DNA of 64,000 bases from Eledone cirrhosa. Its lineage: Eukaryota. The DNA lies in the NCBI GenBank assembly GCA_964016885.1, contig OZ024741.1, positions 402,194,001 to 402,258,000 on the forward strand, given 5' to 3'. The notes beneath the pieces are model-generated. The model was not told where the DNA came from, did no database searches, and saw nothing but the letters and a program-made list of their open reading frames with translations. The position numbers and the translations under genes were made by a program. Positions 42,072 to 60,106 of this stretch are shown in pieces (within the stretch, counting starts at the first letter, position 1; every line of letters starts with the position of its first letter).

Positions 42072-42239
42072 TAAATATACACAAATATACACGGGTGTGT
42101 ATGATTGTGTATAGAAGATTATATTAAGAAAAGGAATTCCAACTTTGTCTGATTTATTCGTTTTATTTACAATCCTTTAAAATTTATAATGGTATTATAA
42201 TGAAATAGTATGATAGAATATTAAATGTTAAGTGTTAAT

Positions 42240-42278
42240 TGAACAAGTACTTTCATGCTTTTGCAATCTTCAGGTTCA
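42240..42278 (-). ncRNA. Minimal type I hammerhead ribozyme motif (mirror copy)
   Basis: Same as 42352-42390 but loop II is AAAA. Confidence 0.6.
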
Positions 42279-42351
42279 TAATGTGTGGTGACAGTCAAGT
42301 TTGCTATTTTCAACTTTTGAAAATTGCAAACTTGACTGTCACCACACATTA

Positions 42352-42390
42352 TGAACCTGAAGATTGCGAAAGCATGAAAGTACTTGTTCA
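42352..42390 (+). ncRNA. Minimal type I hammerhead ribozyme motif
   Basis: UGAAC-CUGAAGA-U-UGC-GAAA-GCA-U-GAAA-GUAC-UU-GUUCA: 5-bp stem I, core boxes, palindromic AGUACU stem III. Confidence 0.65.
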
Positions 42391-42560
42391 ATTAACACTT
42401 AACATTTAATATTCTATCATACTATTTCATTATAATACCATTATAAATTTTAAAGGATTGTAAATAAAACGAGTAAACCAGACAAAGTTGGAATTCCTTT
42501 TCTTAATATAATCTTCTATACACAATCATACACACCCATGTATATTTATCTATCTATCTA

Positions 42561-42636
<76 letters not shown>

Positions 42637-42762
42637 CATACATACATTATGTACACTATATATACATATATATATACATTACGTACACTATATATATATA
42701 TACATATATACATTATATACACACATATACATCAAGTGCGCTATATACACACTATATATACA

Positions 42763-45145
42763 GATGGACGGTCGTAAACACAAAAGCCTTCCCTAGTGAG
42801 GAATGTACATCCCAACATAGCTTAGTTGTCAGCGACCTCACGGTCAGAACTAGACGAACCCGGAAACAGAGGCCAACCTGGAGAAGAAAGATCTGGAAGC
42901 TGAAAGTCCCCTCAACCAGTAACAGACTTAAAGATATTTTACTCAACGCCTACGACAGTAAAGAAGAACAGATACAGACATTTAACGTAGAAGAGAACTG
43001 GGAGTTCCTAAAAAATAACTTACTAGAGGCGACGGATGAGGTTTGTGGCTGGAGTAAGACCTCAAGCAGGAGGAGAGTGACTTGGTGGTGGAACAATAAG
43101 GTAGATGAAGCAGTCAAGGCCAAGAGACAGGCATGGAAAGAATGGAAGAACGGGGGGAGCAGGGTACATTACATAGAGACCAAGAGGGAAGCTAGGCGAC
43201 AAGTATACTTAGCTAGGAGGGAAGCAGAGGATAGAAAATTCAAGCATGTTTTACAACGTGAGGACCAGAAACAGGAGGTATTCAAGATTGCGAGGCAGTG
43301 TGTCAGAGATAGTTGTGATGTCATTGGAGAGAAGTGTATCCGGAATGATAAAGGTGAGCTTGCCCTCACAAGTGCTGAGAAGAAAGATGCATGGAAGAGT
43401 CATTATGATAGATTACTAAATGAGAATGCATGGGAAGAAGAGACCCTACCCCACGTAGACCCTATAGAGGGACCAGCAGTACAAGTCAGCGGCAGCGTAG
43501 TAAGTAAGGCAATCAGAGATATGAAGATAGGGAAGGCAACCGGTCCATTGGGTATAGCTGCCGAGATGCTGAAGGCATCTGGGTCTGTAGGTCACACTAT
43601 AACCACACGAATCGTTAACCAGGTAATACTAGAAGGAGCCATACCAAAAGATTGGTGCAGTAGCATCATTGTCAACTGCTACAAAGGTAAAGGCGATGCA
43701 CTAGATAGAGGAAACTATAGAGGTATAAAGTTGATGGACCAGGTCATGAAAGTAACAGAAAGAGTTATAGCACAGCTGATTAGGGACCGGGTAAATATAG
43801 ACGAGATGCAATTTGGGTTTGTACCAGGGAAAGGCACCACTGATGCCCTCTTCCTTGTGAGGCAATTACAGGAAAAGTACCTAGCTAAAAGTAAGCCACT
43901 CTACTTGGCATTTGTCGACCTTGAGAAAGCCTTTGACAGAGTTCCACGTGCAGTAATCTGGTGGGCTCTTAGAAAACTAGGAGTAGATGAATGGCTTGTG
44001 AAAGCGGTACAAGCCATGTATAGGGGAGCAGTCAGCAAAGTTAGGATTAGCAATGAGTATAGCGAGGAATTTAGCGTACAGGTTGGGGTCCACCAGGGCT
44101 CTGTTCTTAGCCCTCTCCTGTTCATCATAGTCCTGCAGGCAATAACGGAGGAGTTTAAGACCGGGTGCCCATGGGAACTCCTGTATGCTGATGACCTCGC
44201 ACTCATAGCTGAATCTATGGTAGAACTAGAGAATAAATTCCAAACCTGGAAGCAGGGACTAGAGAGAAAGGGCCTCAAAGTCAACATGACAAAGACTAAG
44301 GTCCTTGTAAGTAGACGAGAAAACAGAACCCAGATCCCCTCAGGGAAATGGCCTTGCTCAGTATGTAGGAAAGGTGTAGGTAGGAACTCCATTCTCTGCC
44401 CCAAATGCAAACAATGAGTACACAAGAGATGTAGCGGGATCTCAGGAAGCTTAATTAAGAGTGTAGGCTTCACATGCAGCAGCTGTGCTGAAACAGCAAG
44501 CAAACAGCCACAGGAAACAAGTACCACCAATCTCTGGAGGGCCCTGTAGAAACAGTAGACAGCTTCTGCTACCTAGGTGACCGAATTAGCAACGGAGGTG
44601 GGTGCTCAGAAAGTACAATAACTAGGGTAAGAACGGGATGGAAGAAGTTTAGGGAACTACTACCACTGCTAGCTGCAAAAGGCTTCTCCCTCAGAATGAA
44701 AGGCAGACTGTATGATGCGTGTATCCGAACAGCGATGTTGCATGGTAGTGAGACCTGGGCGCTGAAGGTGGAAGACTTACGTAGATTAGAGAGAAACGAA
44801 GCCTGCATGCTCCGATGGATGTGTAACAGTAATATACGTGAACGACAAAGCATAAATGAATTGAGAGAGAGACTGAGCATAAGAGGAATCAAATGCTGCG
44901 TGCAGGAGAGGCGGTTACGCTGGTATGGACATGTGATGCGTATGAAGGATGACAGCTGCATAAAAAGGTGCAGAGCACTAGAAGTTGATGGAAACCGCGG
45001 AGTGGGGAGACCCAAGATGACTTGGGATGAGGTGATAAAAGCTGACCTTACCCAACTACACCTCTCAAAGTCAATGACACACGACTGTGACTTCTGGCGT
45101 CACGCAGTAATACAGGGTACCCGACCTCCCATGGGTACATGCTGA
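42763..45145 (+). pseudogene. RTE RT with PHD finger; premature stop and frameshift
   Basis: TGG>TGA stop at 44415-44417 inside the PHD; frame change at ~44530. Confidence 0.9.
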
Positions 45146-45440
45146 AGCATATAAACAATATGCCCCCACTCCCCCCACCGCAAGGTGGTCGTGGAGGTGC
45201 CACGGCAAAAAAGCACCCAGCCCACACTGTAAAGTGGACGTGTAGGCGCCACGAAAAAGCACCCAGCACTCACTGTAAATGAGGTTGGTGTTAGGAAGGG
45301 CATCCAGCTGTAGAAATCAAGCCAGATCAGTTCCTGTATGAGCAAGGCATGGTCAGCCGACCAGACAATGCCCACAACAGGACAACCCGTCTAACCCATG
45401 CTAGCGTGGAAGAACGGACGTAAAACGGTGATGATGATGA
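42763..45440 (+). mobile_element. RTE family B, 5'-truncated in the APE C-terminus
   Basis: PSEECTSQHSLVV (APE end), RT with YADD and PHD, (GAT)n tail; 90-bp flanking direct repeats. Confidence 0.95.
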
Positions 45441-45706
45441 TATACATTACGTACACTATATATATATATATATATATACATTATATACACATATATACAT
45501 CAAGTGCGCTATATACACACTATATATACATTAAGTACACTATATATACATTAAGTACAGTGTATATACACATATATACATTATGTACACTATATATATA
45601 CTATATATACACATATATACTATATATACACATATATACTATATATAGACATATATACTATATATAGACATATATAGACATATATACTATATATACACAT
45701 ATATAT

Positions 45707-46038
45707 GGGGGCGCATGGCTTAGTGGTTAGAGTATTGGCCTTGCAATCGAAAGGTTGTGAGTTCAATTCTCAGACCGGGTGATGTGTTGTTTCCTTGAGC
45801 AAGACACTTTATTTCACATTGCTCCAGTTTACTCAGCTGTAGAAATGAGATGATAGGGGGTGGGGTCCATATCATTCCACTGCAAAGTGGTCATGGAGGT
45901 GCCACGGCAAAAAAGCACCCAGCACTCACTGTAAATGAGGTTGGTGTTAGGAAGGGCATCCAGCTGTAGAAATCAAGCCAGCATCAGTTCCCGTCCCACC
46001 CTTGCAAGCAGGGAAAAGTGGACGTAAAATGAAATGAT
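45707..46038 (+). mobile_element. tRNA-derived CORE-like SINE
   Basis: Homologous to 20400-20744. Confidence 0.9.
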
Positions 46039-46451
46039 ATACTTCATATACACATATATACTATATATACGCATATATACTTCATATACACATGTACACT
46101 ATATATACACACATACTATATATACACACATATACACATATATACACACATATACACATATATAGATATATATATATATATATACACATGTATACATTTA
46201 AATTGATTAGATAATTATATCTCCAAAGTTACTCGAACATTTAATCCTGTATCTTATTTGTAGATATGTAATGTAATTTGTATAATTACATCCTACAAAG
46301 ATAATTATTAAAATATCATTCTTATCTCTAATCACTTCCACATGTGTCAGTAATCAACATAAACTATAGGGTCTCTCTTATGCAAACCATATATTGATCA
46401 AAACATAAATTTCCTAGTTTGAATGATTGTTGTTCATAAGTCCAGTGATCC

Positions 46452-46815
46452 TGGTATATATGGTATACCAATCCTGGACACCAAATATTAAATATATCCA
46501 ACACTATTGTCACCATTACTGACGACACTGGTCCACCAGTCCTGGTATATATGGTATACCAATCCTGGACACCAAATATTAAATATATCCAACACTATTG
46601 TCACCATTATTGATGGCACTGGTCCACTAGTCCTGGTATATATGGTATACCAATCCTGGACACCAAATATTAAATATATCCAACACTATTGTCACCATTA
46701 CTGCTGACACTGGTCCACCAGTCCTGGTATATATGGTATACCAATTCTGGCCACCAAATATTAAATATATCCAACACTATTGTCACCATTATTGATGGCA
46801 CTGGTCCACTAGTCC
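46452..46815 (-). repeat. 91-bp tandem repeat (~4 units), inverted copy of 39196-39560
   Basis: ORF 46507-46707 (+) is nearly identical to 39302-39502 (-). Confidence 0.95.
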
Positions 46816-46829
46816 TCCTACATAGGGTA

Positions 46830-47360
46830 TACCAGTCTTAGACTCCAAAATGAAATACAGCCAACGGTAATGCTGTGATTACTGACAGCATGGGTCCTAT
46901 TGTAATATTACTGTTGTTGATATTCCAGGCTGCCTTCCAAGCTGTGTTGCTTTCAACAAGGTCATAAACCATGGCCTCGATGTTGCAGGCTCCCCCCCAC
47001 CAGCTGGAGCTGATGAGGCTGGACCAAGGGGATGGCAAAAGGCTAGATTGCATGACCATCTTCCCGTTCTGTAGTAGTAAACCTCTCATCTGGGATGCCA
47101 CATACAGCAACACATTCTCCAGTGGCAACCTGCTGCACTTGAGGCTGAGGAGGGTAAATTCTACAAATATCGGTTGCTCTCCGACATGTTTGCAGTTGAG
47201 CCGTAACAGTGGAGACTTCTGGTGTCCTTGGACCACCTCCCTACCACCATTGGCACACCCGCAGGTGTGAGCCTTGTGAGCTGGAATGGCTTTCCAGTGT
47301 GTCTCCCTCACCATCCTCTGGGGAAACACCTTTTCTATTCTGGCCACTGGAGCTGTGAGG
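46830..47360 (+). pseudogene. Degenerate CRE-type non-LTR C-terminus (Zn knuckle remnant + restriction-like endonuclease)
   Basis: AFNKVINHGLDVAG.P..LE, DQGDGKRLDCMT (cf. RGDGKRPDG), LIWDAT, QCVSLTILWGNTFSILATG. Confidence 0.75.
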
Positions 47361-47459
47361 TGGCCAGTGTGTAGGGCCCATTTACTCCTAATAGTAAGAG
47401 ATGGGGAGGGCGGGAGAGATGGAGGCAGGTGTCCAGTGCGTTGGCCCCCATTTGCTAAT

Positions 47460-47620
47460 TATTGTTTCTAGTTTTGGCACAAGGCCAGCGATTATCCCAA
47501 TGTATTACTGGTACTTTATTTTATTGACCGTGTAAGGATGAAAGGCAAAGTTAACCTCAGCGGGATTTGAACTCAGAGCGTAAAGGGGCGTAACTCTATG
47601 CTGCAAAGCATGGCATCCGA
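47460..47620 (-). mobile_element. SINE family 2
   Basis: Reverse complement of the 39950-40113 family sequence. Confidence 0.8.
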
Positions 47621-48079
47621 CCCTGAGAGATGGGGAGGGTGGGAGAGACTGAGACAGGTGTCCAGCACCTAGGCCCCCATTTACTCATAATAGTGGGAGA
47701 TGGGGAGGACAGGAGGGATGGTGGCAGTGGGAGTTTGGTTCCATTGTATTCGGACCTGGTGTGTATATATTTGTCACACATCTCTGTGTTTATATGTGAC
47801 TTACAACATAAACATAGACTGAAGAAGACATGCCTTTGCCATAAATAGATTTGCTGTTGAAATGTGAGTGTTATCAAGAATTCTGTGATAACTGGATTAA
47901 CATGCATTTATTGATATAGCTATTGACAGATAGCTGCAGATGGCTTAATCAATAGCGTACTTGACAAACCAGGAGTAGGATTGATGTTCTGTCTTAGTCA
48001 CTACTGTATGTGGCAAATGATCAGATCGTTTATCAGCTTTGAATATATATATAGAGAAGTCCTCCTTATTGGCAGTAGC

Positions 48080-49270
48080 AGATATCATAATGTGGTATAT
48101 ATTATATATGCTATAGTAATATATATAATATCACCTTACTGTGGATATCATAACATGGTATATATTATATATGCTAGAGTAATATATACAATATCACGTC
48201 ACTGTGGATATCATAATGTGGTATATATTATATATGCTATAGTAATATATATAATATCATGCCACTGTGGATATCATAATGTGGTATATATTATATATGC
48301 TATAGTAATATATATAATACCACCTCATTGTGGATATCATAAAGTGATATATATTATAGTGTACAATGTGGTATATATTATATATAGTACACTGTTATAT
48401 ACAATATCACCTCACTGTGGATATCACAATATGGTATATATTATATATACTACACTGTTGTAAAAATATCACACGGTATATATTATAGATACTACACTGT
48501 TATATACAATATCACCTCACTGTAGATATAACAATGTACTATCTATATATATAAAAGCAAGTCGGTCTGTGTGTCTGTCTGTGTACAAATACTAGGCTCC
48601 TTTTAACTTTTGAAGTACTAGGCCGATTTCAACCAAATTTGGCACACATGTTGCTTATAAGCCGGAGCAAGTTTTGGACAAAAACAAATTTGAAAAAAAA
48701 ATCGATATTGGGGCCGAAAAATCGATTTTGTGTGTGTATCTGTCTATGTACAAATACTAGGCTCCTTTTAACTTTTGAAGTACTAGGCCGATTTGCTTCA
48801 AGGAATGATATTTCTATGTCCAGTGGATGGTCAACGTGATAGTGGCAGCACCATCTTACACATAGGGTTTAGTCTACTGAAGGACATACGGTGCGTCTAT
48901 TCCATCTTTATCCCCTTACTCATACCTACTACAGCAAGGCCGGACCTGAAATCATTCACGTCAATTAACTCAAGCTACCCCATGAATTGTTTTTATGTTG
49001 CCGTTTATTTCACTCAATCATGTCACTACACCCATTTTGTTAAACTTTTTTTTACAATTACATTTCAATTCTTTGCTCAACCTTTGGCTCTCTTTATACG
49101 GACAAACAGGCTGTCATTCATTTCCCGAGCAACGCCGAGTACATCTGCTAGTATTATATATACTACATTGTTGTATAAAATATTACCTCACTGTAGTAGA
49201 TATCACATGGTATATATTATATATACTACATTGTTGTATATAATATCACCTCACCGTAGATATCACAATG
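48080..49270. repeat. AT-rich ~54-bp tandem repeat, split by a Helitron insertion
   Basis: Repeated GATATCATAATGTGGTATATATTATATATGCTATAGTAATATATATAATATCACCTCACTGTG-like units on both sides of 48542-49151. Confidence 0.85.
48542..49151 (+). mobile_element. Non-autonomous Helitron (~610 bp)
   Basis: A|TCTATATATATAAAA start, CCCGAGCAACGCCG hairpin, CTAG|T end, no TSD, internal ~46-bp direct repeat. Confidence 0.88.
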
Positions 49271-49491
49271 AGAAAAATGTACTGCAATGTGTACAAAATA
49301 TCTTTAGTTAGGAAACCCCACCCCCCAAGAATGGGTAGTTAGAGCGCAAAAGAAAGGAGATATTGAATCATCTGCGGGCATGGCCCAGTGATTAAGAAGT
49401 CTACCTTCTATCCAATCTGTTGTCACCTATCTCTATGTTGTTGTCTTATCCCACATGTATCTTGTCTTATCCCACATGTATCCCACATGTG

Positions 49492-49539
<48 letters not shown>

Positions 49540-50047
49540 TTCCCAGGATTCATAGAAATGGCCTCTCTCTCTCGGCCCGCTAAAATCGCTTTCACCACTC
49601 TCTACGAACCAAATATAAATAAGCCTGTTACGGGGGACAAAACTCAGAATTTGTCAACTATTATTGATGGTCAGTCTGCTTCTAAGAAATGTAACGTACA
49701 AATATCATTTTTCTTCTTAACTCCCCACCCTTCGGTTCATTCATCCATATATCTATAATCTTCCAGAATCAAAATCTTATTCATAATTGTCTTTCTATAA
49801 TTCTGTCTCACTGTTCTAAAAATCTTCTCCACGTTGTTCTAAATAATCTTCCCGCTACCATTTTGGCCGAAAAATTTTTCCAGGATTCATAGAAATGGCC
49901 TCTCTCTCTCTCTCGGCCCACTAAAATCGCTTTCACCCTCACTCTCTCTCTATCATATACGTCGCTCTCTCACTCCCTACGAACCAAATATAAATAAGCC
50001 TGTTACGGGGGACAAAACTCAGAATTTGTCAACTATTATTGATGGTC
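49540..50047 (+). repeat. Local direct duplication (~140-170 bp)
   Basis: CCAGGATTCATAGAAATGGCC...GATGGTCA occurs at ~49543-49673 and ~49880-50048. Confidence 0.85.
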
Positions 50048-50254
50048 AAATATAAATAAGCTTGCTCCTTGCAAACTACCCCATACCCGTCCCTCCCGCC
50101 CCCACTCTCCACCTTATTATTTGGACCAATCACAAGTCAACAGCCTATGCTATCACTTCTGGTTGCTTTTCGATATGATGGATGAACTAATGAATTTCTG
50201 GAGAGTCTGAAGAATCTGGACACCCGCAGACAATGCCAAAGATAACGACAAATT

Positions 50255-50454
50255 NNNNNNNNNNNNNNNNNNNNNNNNNNNNNNNNNNNNNNNNNNNNNN
50301 NNNNNNNNNNNNNNNNNNNNNNNNNNNNNNNNNNNNNNNNNNNNNNNNNNNNNNNNNNNNNNNNNNNNNNNNNNNNNNNNNNNNNNNNNNNNNNNNNNNN
50401 NNNNNNNNNNNNNNNNNNNNNNNNNNNNNNNNNNNNNNNNNNNNNNNNNNNNNN
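50255..50454. other. Assembly gap (200 N)
   Basis: Run of N. Confidence 1.
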
Positions 50455-50479
50455 ATTCAATCTTCTTCTATTCTTTTTA

Positions 50480-50516
<37 letters not shown>

Positions 50517-50965
50517 TATTATTATTATTAATTCCATTGCTAAGGTTACTATGTTCACCTAATCTATGCGGGGAGCTAAGAGGCCTACCATTACTGTTAC
50601 TTAGTCCATTGGTCCCCTGTTGGTGCATTTTACCGGCGTTCAAAACCCTCATGTTCGAAACACCTCTATTACCAATGGACATATTATGTGTTATAACAAC
50701 ACTGGTAGAGCTACTAATTGGACTATTATTTCCCTGGGCATAATGTAATTTGTCCCTAAAGCCGGATCTAGCTAAGGCATCATTATAATAATCAGCCTGC
50801 GAGTTAAACGCCTCTTCGCTATGTGAGAGTGAACTTATTCTGTTAGAGACCCCCTTCAATATACCACTGATGACCGACTTAGGGTGGTTGGAGTTAGTAT
50901 TCACATAAGTCAGCAATTCATTAGGCTTATGGTACGGTGTGTACGTATGGTTACCTAAGTCTATT
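50455..50965 (-). pseudogene. Penelope-like element RT thumb/linker fragment
   Basis: [53 protein letters not shown] matches the PLE pattern PYxKP..SNHP..R.S.LS..AL..SG(Y/F); Asn-rich linker. Confidence 0.8.
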
Positions 50966-51139
50966 TTTATTTTTATTTTTATTTTTATTTTAATTTTATT
51001 CTTTTCTTATTTTACTCCTTTTACTTTACTCCTTTTACTTTACTCTTTAAACTCCTCCCAACTTATGGTATCCCCACATATATTCTTCTGTTTTGGCTTT
51101 GCCAATGCTTGTATACTATGTATTTACTCTTTATGCTCT

Positions 51140-51971
<832 letters not shown>

Positions 51972-52315
51972 GGAGGCACATGGCTTAGTGGTTAGAGCAT
52001 TGGCCTTGCAATCGAAAGGTTGTGAGTTCAATTCTCAGACCGGGTGATGTGTTGTTTCCTTGAGCAAGACACTTTATTTCACATTGCTCCAGTTTACTCA
52101 GCTGTAGAAATGAGATGATAGGGACTGGGTTCCCTATCATTCCACTGCAAAGTGGACGTGTAGGCGCCATGGCAAAAAAGCACCCAGCACTCACTGTAAA
52201 TGAGGTTGGTGTTAGGAAGGGCATCCAGCTGTAGAAATCAAGCCAGAATCAGTTCCTGTCCCACCCTTGCAAGCAGGGAAAAGCGGACGTAAAATGAAAT
52301 GAAAATGATGATGAT
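51972..52315 (+). mobile_element. tRNA-derived CORE-like SINE
   Basis: Homologous to 20400-20744. Confidence 0.9.
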
Positions 52316-55357
<3,042 letters not shown>

Positions 55358-57937
55358 TCATCATCATCATCATCATCAACGTTTAACGTCCGTGTTCCAC
55401 GCTTGCATGGGTTTGGACGGGGGTAGTCCCACTTGAGGCAGGAGTGATTGTCTTGCTCGCATAGGACTGTCTGGCAGGTTTTCTACAGTTGGATGCCCTT
55501 CCTAACACCAACCACATTTACAGTGTGGGTCTGGGAGGTTTTTACCGTGTTGCCTACACGGCCACATTACAGCGTGGACTGTGTGTTTTTTTGTCGTGAC
55601 ACCTACACGATCTCATTTGTTTCGGCCTGGATGGCGCGGCACCAACATAACTTTACATAGAACGGGGTGGTGTGGATGGGGTGGGGGTGGCGGCGGGAGG
55701 GGTGTATTTTGTTAGAGATGCCTACTGGCAAGGCGGGTCTTCTCTGTTACTGAGTACCGCCAAAGGTCACGGTCCAGTGACATTGTCTTGGAGAGGTGTA
55801 AGTGTGTGAGGTCGGAGTTTATCAGCTCATCCCATGTTTTTCTAGGTCTGCCTATTCCGTGGCTACCGTCTATCTTTATTGCCCTGCACTTTGTAATACA
55901 GCTATCGACTTTCATGCGCATCACGTGTCCATACCAACGCAGCCTTCTCTCGAGTAAACAACATCTGATCCCTCTTATCTCTAATTTTTTCCTTAGTTCG
56001 TTTATGCTTTGCCGTTCACGTATATTACTGTTACACATCCAGCGGAGCATGCAAGCTTCGTTCCTCTCTAGTCTGCGTATATCCTCTGCACACAATGCCC
56101 AGGTCTCACTACCATGCAACATTGCTGTTCGTATGCAGGCATCGTACAACCTGCCTTTGCAGCTAATAGTGGTATAAGCTCTCTGAACTTTTTCCAACCA
56201 GTTCTGACTCTAGCTACAGTACTTTCAGAGCACCCTCCCCCACTGCTGATTTTATCGCCCAGGTAACGGAAGCTGTCCACTATTTCTATAAAACCCTCTG
56301 CGCAATTGAAAGAGCTAGTATTTTGTGGGCACTTGCTGCTACTTATTGCACCAGAACACCGGCCACATGTAAAGTCTATGTTCTTAGTTAGCTTACCTGT
56401 GATCCCACTACATCTTTTATGCACCCATACTTTGCATTTAGGACATAAGATGGAGTTTCTACCTACGCCTTTCCTACATACCGAGCACGACCATTTCCCA
56501 GAAGGGACCGCCGCCTTGTTTTCTTTCCTACAAACTAGAACTTTGGTCTTAGCCAGGTTAATTTTAAGTCCTTTTGACTCTAGGCCGTGCTTCCATGTTT
56601 GGAATTTCTTCTCTAGCTCGGCCATTGATTCCGCTATGAGTGTCAGGTCGTCTGCGTATAGGAGTTCCCATGGGCTGCCTGTCTTGAACTCCTCTGTTAT
56701 AGCCTGAAGGGCAATAATAAATAGTAGGGGGCTGAGAACAGAGCCCTGATGGACGCCAACTTTTACGCTAAACTCTTCACTATATTCGTTGTTAATTCTA
56801 ACCTTGCTGACTGTTTCTTTATACATGGCTTGTATAGCCCTCACAAGCCATTCGTCAACGCCTAGTTTTCTAAGAGCCCACCAGATAATGGAGCGGGGGA
56901 CTCTGTCGAAGGCTTTCTCCAGGTCGACAAAAGCTAAGTAGAGGGGTTTACCTTTAGCTAGGTACTTCTCCTGTAGTTGTCGTACTATGAAAAGAGCGTC
57001 TGTGGTGCTTTTGCCTGACACAAACCCGAACTGCATTTCATCTAGATCAATTCTTTCTCTGATTAGTTGCGCTATTACTTTTTCCGTGACCTTCATGACC
57101 TGGTCGATTAATTTAATGCCTCTATAGTTACTCCTATCTAGGGCGTCTCCTTTACCCTTATAACAGTTAACGATGATGCTGCTATGCCAGTCCTTCGGAA
57201 CAACCCCATTCTGTACGACTTGGTTAACTATGCGGGTGACCATGGTGTGTCCCACCGTGCCAGATGCCTTCAGCATCTCAGCAACTATTTCCGAAGGCCC
57301 AGCCGCCTTACCAGTCTTCATATCCTTGATTGCCTTACTTATTATACTCCCCTCGACTAACACTGCTGGTCCCTCTATCGGGTCGATATGGGGGAGACTG
57401 TCTTTCTCCCATTTATTCTCCTCATTTAGTAGCCTTTCATAGTGACACTTCCAAGCTACCTTCTTATCAGTGTCGGTGATGGCAAGTATGCCATCATCGT
57501 TAAGTACACATCGTTAAGTACACACTTCTCCCCGACAATATCACGGTTTTCCTTGACGCATTGCCTGGCAATCCTGAACACCTCACGTTTTTGGTCATCG
57601 CGTTGTAGAACATGCTTGAACTTTCTTTCCTCAGCTTCCCTTCTTGCTAAGTACACTTCTCTCCTAGCTTCCCTCCTGGCCACTTGATAGTCTACTCTAC
57701 TTCCCCCATCCCGCCATACTTTCCAAGCCTGCTTTTTGGCCTTAATTGACCCCTCCACCTTACTGTTCCACCACCATGTTACTCTCCTCCTGCCTACAGG
57801 CCTGCTCCAGCCACAGACTTCGTCTGTCGCCAACAGCAGGTTAGCTTTCAGAAATTTCCACTGTCCCTCTATATTGTCCGATTCTAGATGCTCTTCCTTA
57901 CTGTCGAAAGCATCAAGTAATATGCTTTGAAATTTAT
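55358..57937 (-). mobile_element. RTE family A (A1), 5'-truncated, two indels
   Basis: Near-identical to 7997-10582; deletion at ~56158 and short tandem duplication at ~57497-57525 break the frame. Confidence 0.95.
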
Positions 57938-58056
57938 ATATGTATATATATATATATATGTATGTATATATATATGTATATATATATATATGTATGTATA
58001 TATATATGTATGTATATATATATGTATATATATATATATGTATGTATATATATATG

Positions 58057-58087
<31 letters not shown>

Positions 58088-58112
58088 GTATGTATATATA
58101 TATGTATGTATG

Positions 58113-58143
<31 letters not shown>

Positions 58144-58482
58144 GTATGTATATATATATGTATATATATATATGTATGTATATATGTATGTATATATGTA
58201 TGTATATATATATATGTATGTATATATGTATGTATATATATATATGTATGTATATATATATATGTATGTATATATATATATGTATGTATATATATATGTA
58301 TGTATATATATATATGTATGTATATATATATGTATGTATATATATATGTATATATATATATATGTATGTATATATATATGTATATATGTATATATATATG
58401 TATGTATATATATATGTATGTATGTATATATATATGTATGTATATATGTACACACGCACGCGCACGCACGCACACACACACA
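57938..58482. repeat. (TA)n/(TATG) microsatellite ending in (CA)/(CG)
   Basis: Directly visible. Confidence 0.97.
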
Positions 58483-58749
58483 CTTTGTTGTGTTCTATTC
58501 TAAAATAAACATTTGCTTCTGAAGATTGGTACACTTTGATTGTATGTTGAGATACAAATGAATATTAAAAACATTGAAAATGTAAACTTCTAGAATTTGA
58601 AATTAAAATATAAACAAGAATCTTGCTACTAATTGAATCTATTGTCAAATTTCTCTAAAAGCTTTAATTAAAGTAATAAATTTATTTTTACTTGGAATAA
58701 TATCTAGTGTTAGTTCATTCAGTTTAGATTTACTGTGTCTTGTAATGTA

Positions 58750-59010
58750 CAAGGCAGCCAAAGTTGTCCAATGACCATGGTTAGTTGCATATATCAATAT
58801 ATCCCACATCTTGAGACATGAGACAGCCAAAGTGCTCCAATGACCGTGGTCAGTTACATCTAACAAAACATCCCATGTCTTGAGACACATGAGGCAGCCA
58901 AAGTGCTCCAATGACCACCACAGTCAGTTACAACTGTCAATACATCCCACATCTTGAGACACATCAGGCAGCCAAAGTGCTCCAATGACCACAGTCAGTT
59001 ACATCTATCA
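58750..59010. repeat. Diverged ~70-80-bp tandem repeat (4 units)
   Basis: CAGCCAAAGTGCTCCAATGACC recurs four times. Confidence 0.85.
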
Positions 59011-59039
59011 ATACATTGTCCCAACTTTGTGGGTTTCAG

Positions 59040-59400
59040 GTCCCTGTCAGTTGTTTGCCTCCCAGCATTTTTGGGGACATCCTCTGCACCTCTTCCCATG
59101 GGGGGAACCAATACAGGATCTGATTAGCATGTCTCTCAACTGGGAGTCATGTGACATGTCCCAACCAGTCAAGTCAACACACAGGAAGTTAGACACCTGT
59201 TGTTGGTGGGTTCATTGACAGACTTCTTTGTTGATGATGAAGTCATCCCACCTGATGCCGAGGATCTTACATAGGCATTTGATGTCATCTAGTTTGGTAG
59301 ATGAAGAGAATGTCCAGAGAGTGAGGACAAGAAATGATGAATCCCTGAGGTTGATGTGAATAGAGCCAGCGGTGAATGTGAAGATATTGGAGATAATTAA
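59040..59400 (-). mobile_element. Old degenerate RTE-type RT C-terminal fragment
   Basis: KLDDIKCLCKILGIRWDDFIINKEV resembles the RTE pattern CLRRIL.I.W.D...N.EV; RRCRGCP-like motif downstream. Confidence 0.6.
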
Positions 59401-60106
59401 GTCATTAGTTGTGATTGCTGCTCTGCTGTAGGAGTTTTGTTGTGCTCCAACCATGTAGGAAGTCTTTTATTCTTGGTTGTTTTATGCCAATGAAACTGGG
59501 ATATTCTGTGATCTGATGAGTCTCTAACCTTGAGAAAAACTTTAATAGTGATTCTACCCATATGTTTATTGTATAAAAACTTATATAATTATATATGTTT
59601 TCACATAGACCTGTCAGGAGTTGCAACTGGTAGATATCAGCAATGGAAACATTGTTTATATGTTTTCATATACACATATATTATTCTTAAATGCTGGCTT
59701 AGTGCTACTGCCAATTAAATATAGCGAGTCAGAATAGCAGTGTATGCAAATGATTATTTCCAGTTGATGTTTTTCTATTTGTTATATATAAATGAGCATC
59801 TTCTATTTCAAGTCTGTGAGTGTCACTGATGAAAAATCTTTTAAATCTTGAAACAGCACTGTCTGACATTCTCAAAATAAACTGGCAACCTTGTGATATG
59901 TTCGCAGAGGAAAATAGAGAAAAATAATTTTTTTTTTGTTTAGAAAAAATATTTTTCTTCGATAGGGAGGCTACCTATATGTTTACATATCTTTATTGTA
60001 TAAAAAACATATTATATATGTTTATGTATGTTTTCATATATACATCTCTATTATGCTTGAACATTGTCTTAGTGCTACCACCAATTATATTTATATATAA
60101 ATTAAG

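Noticed and set aside
50137-50562. ORFs spanning the N run
   Set aside because: Artefacts of translating through the assembly gap.
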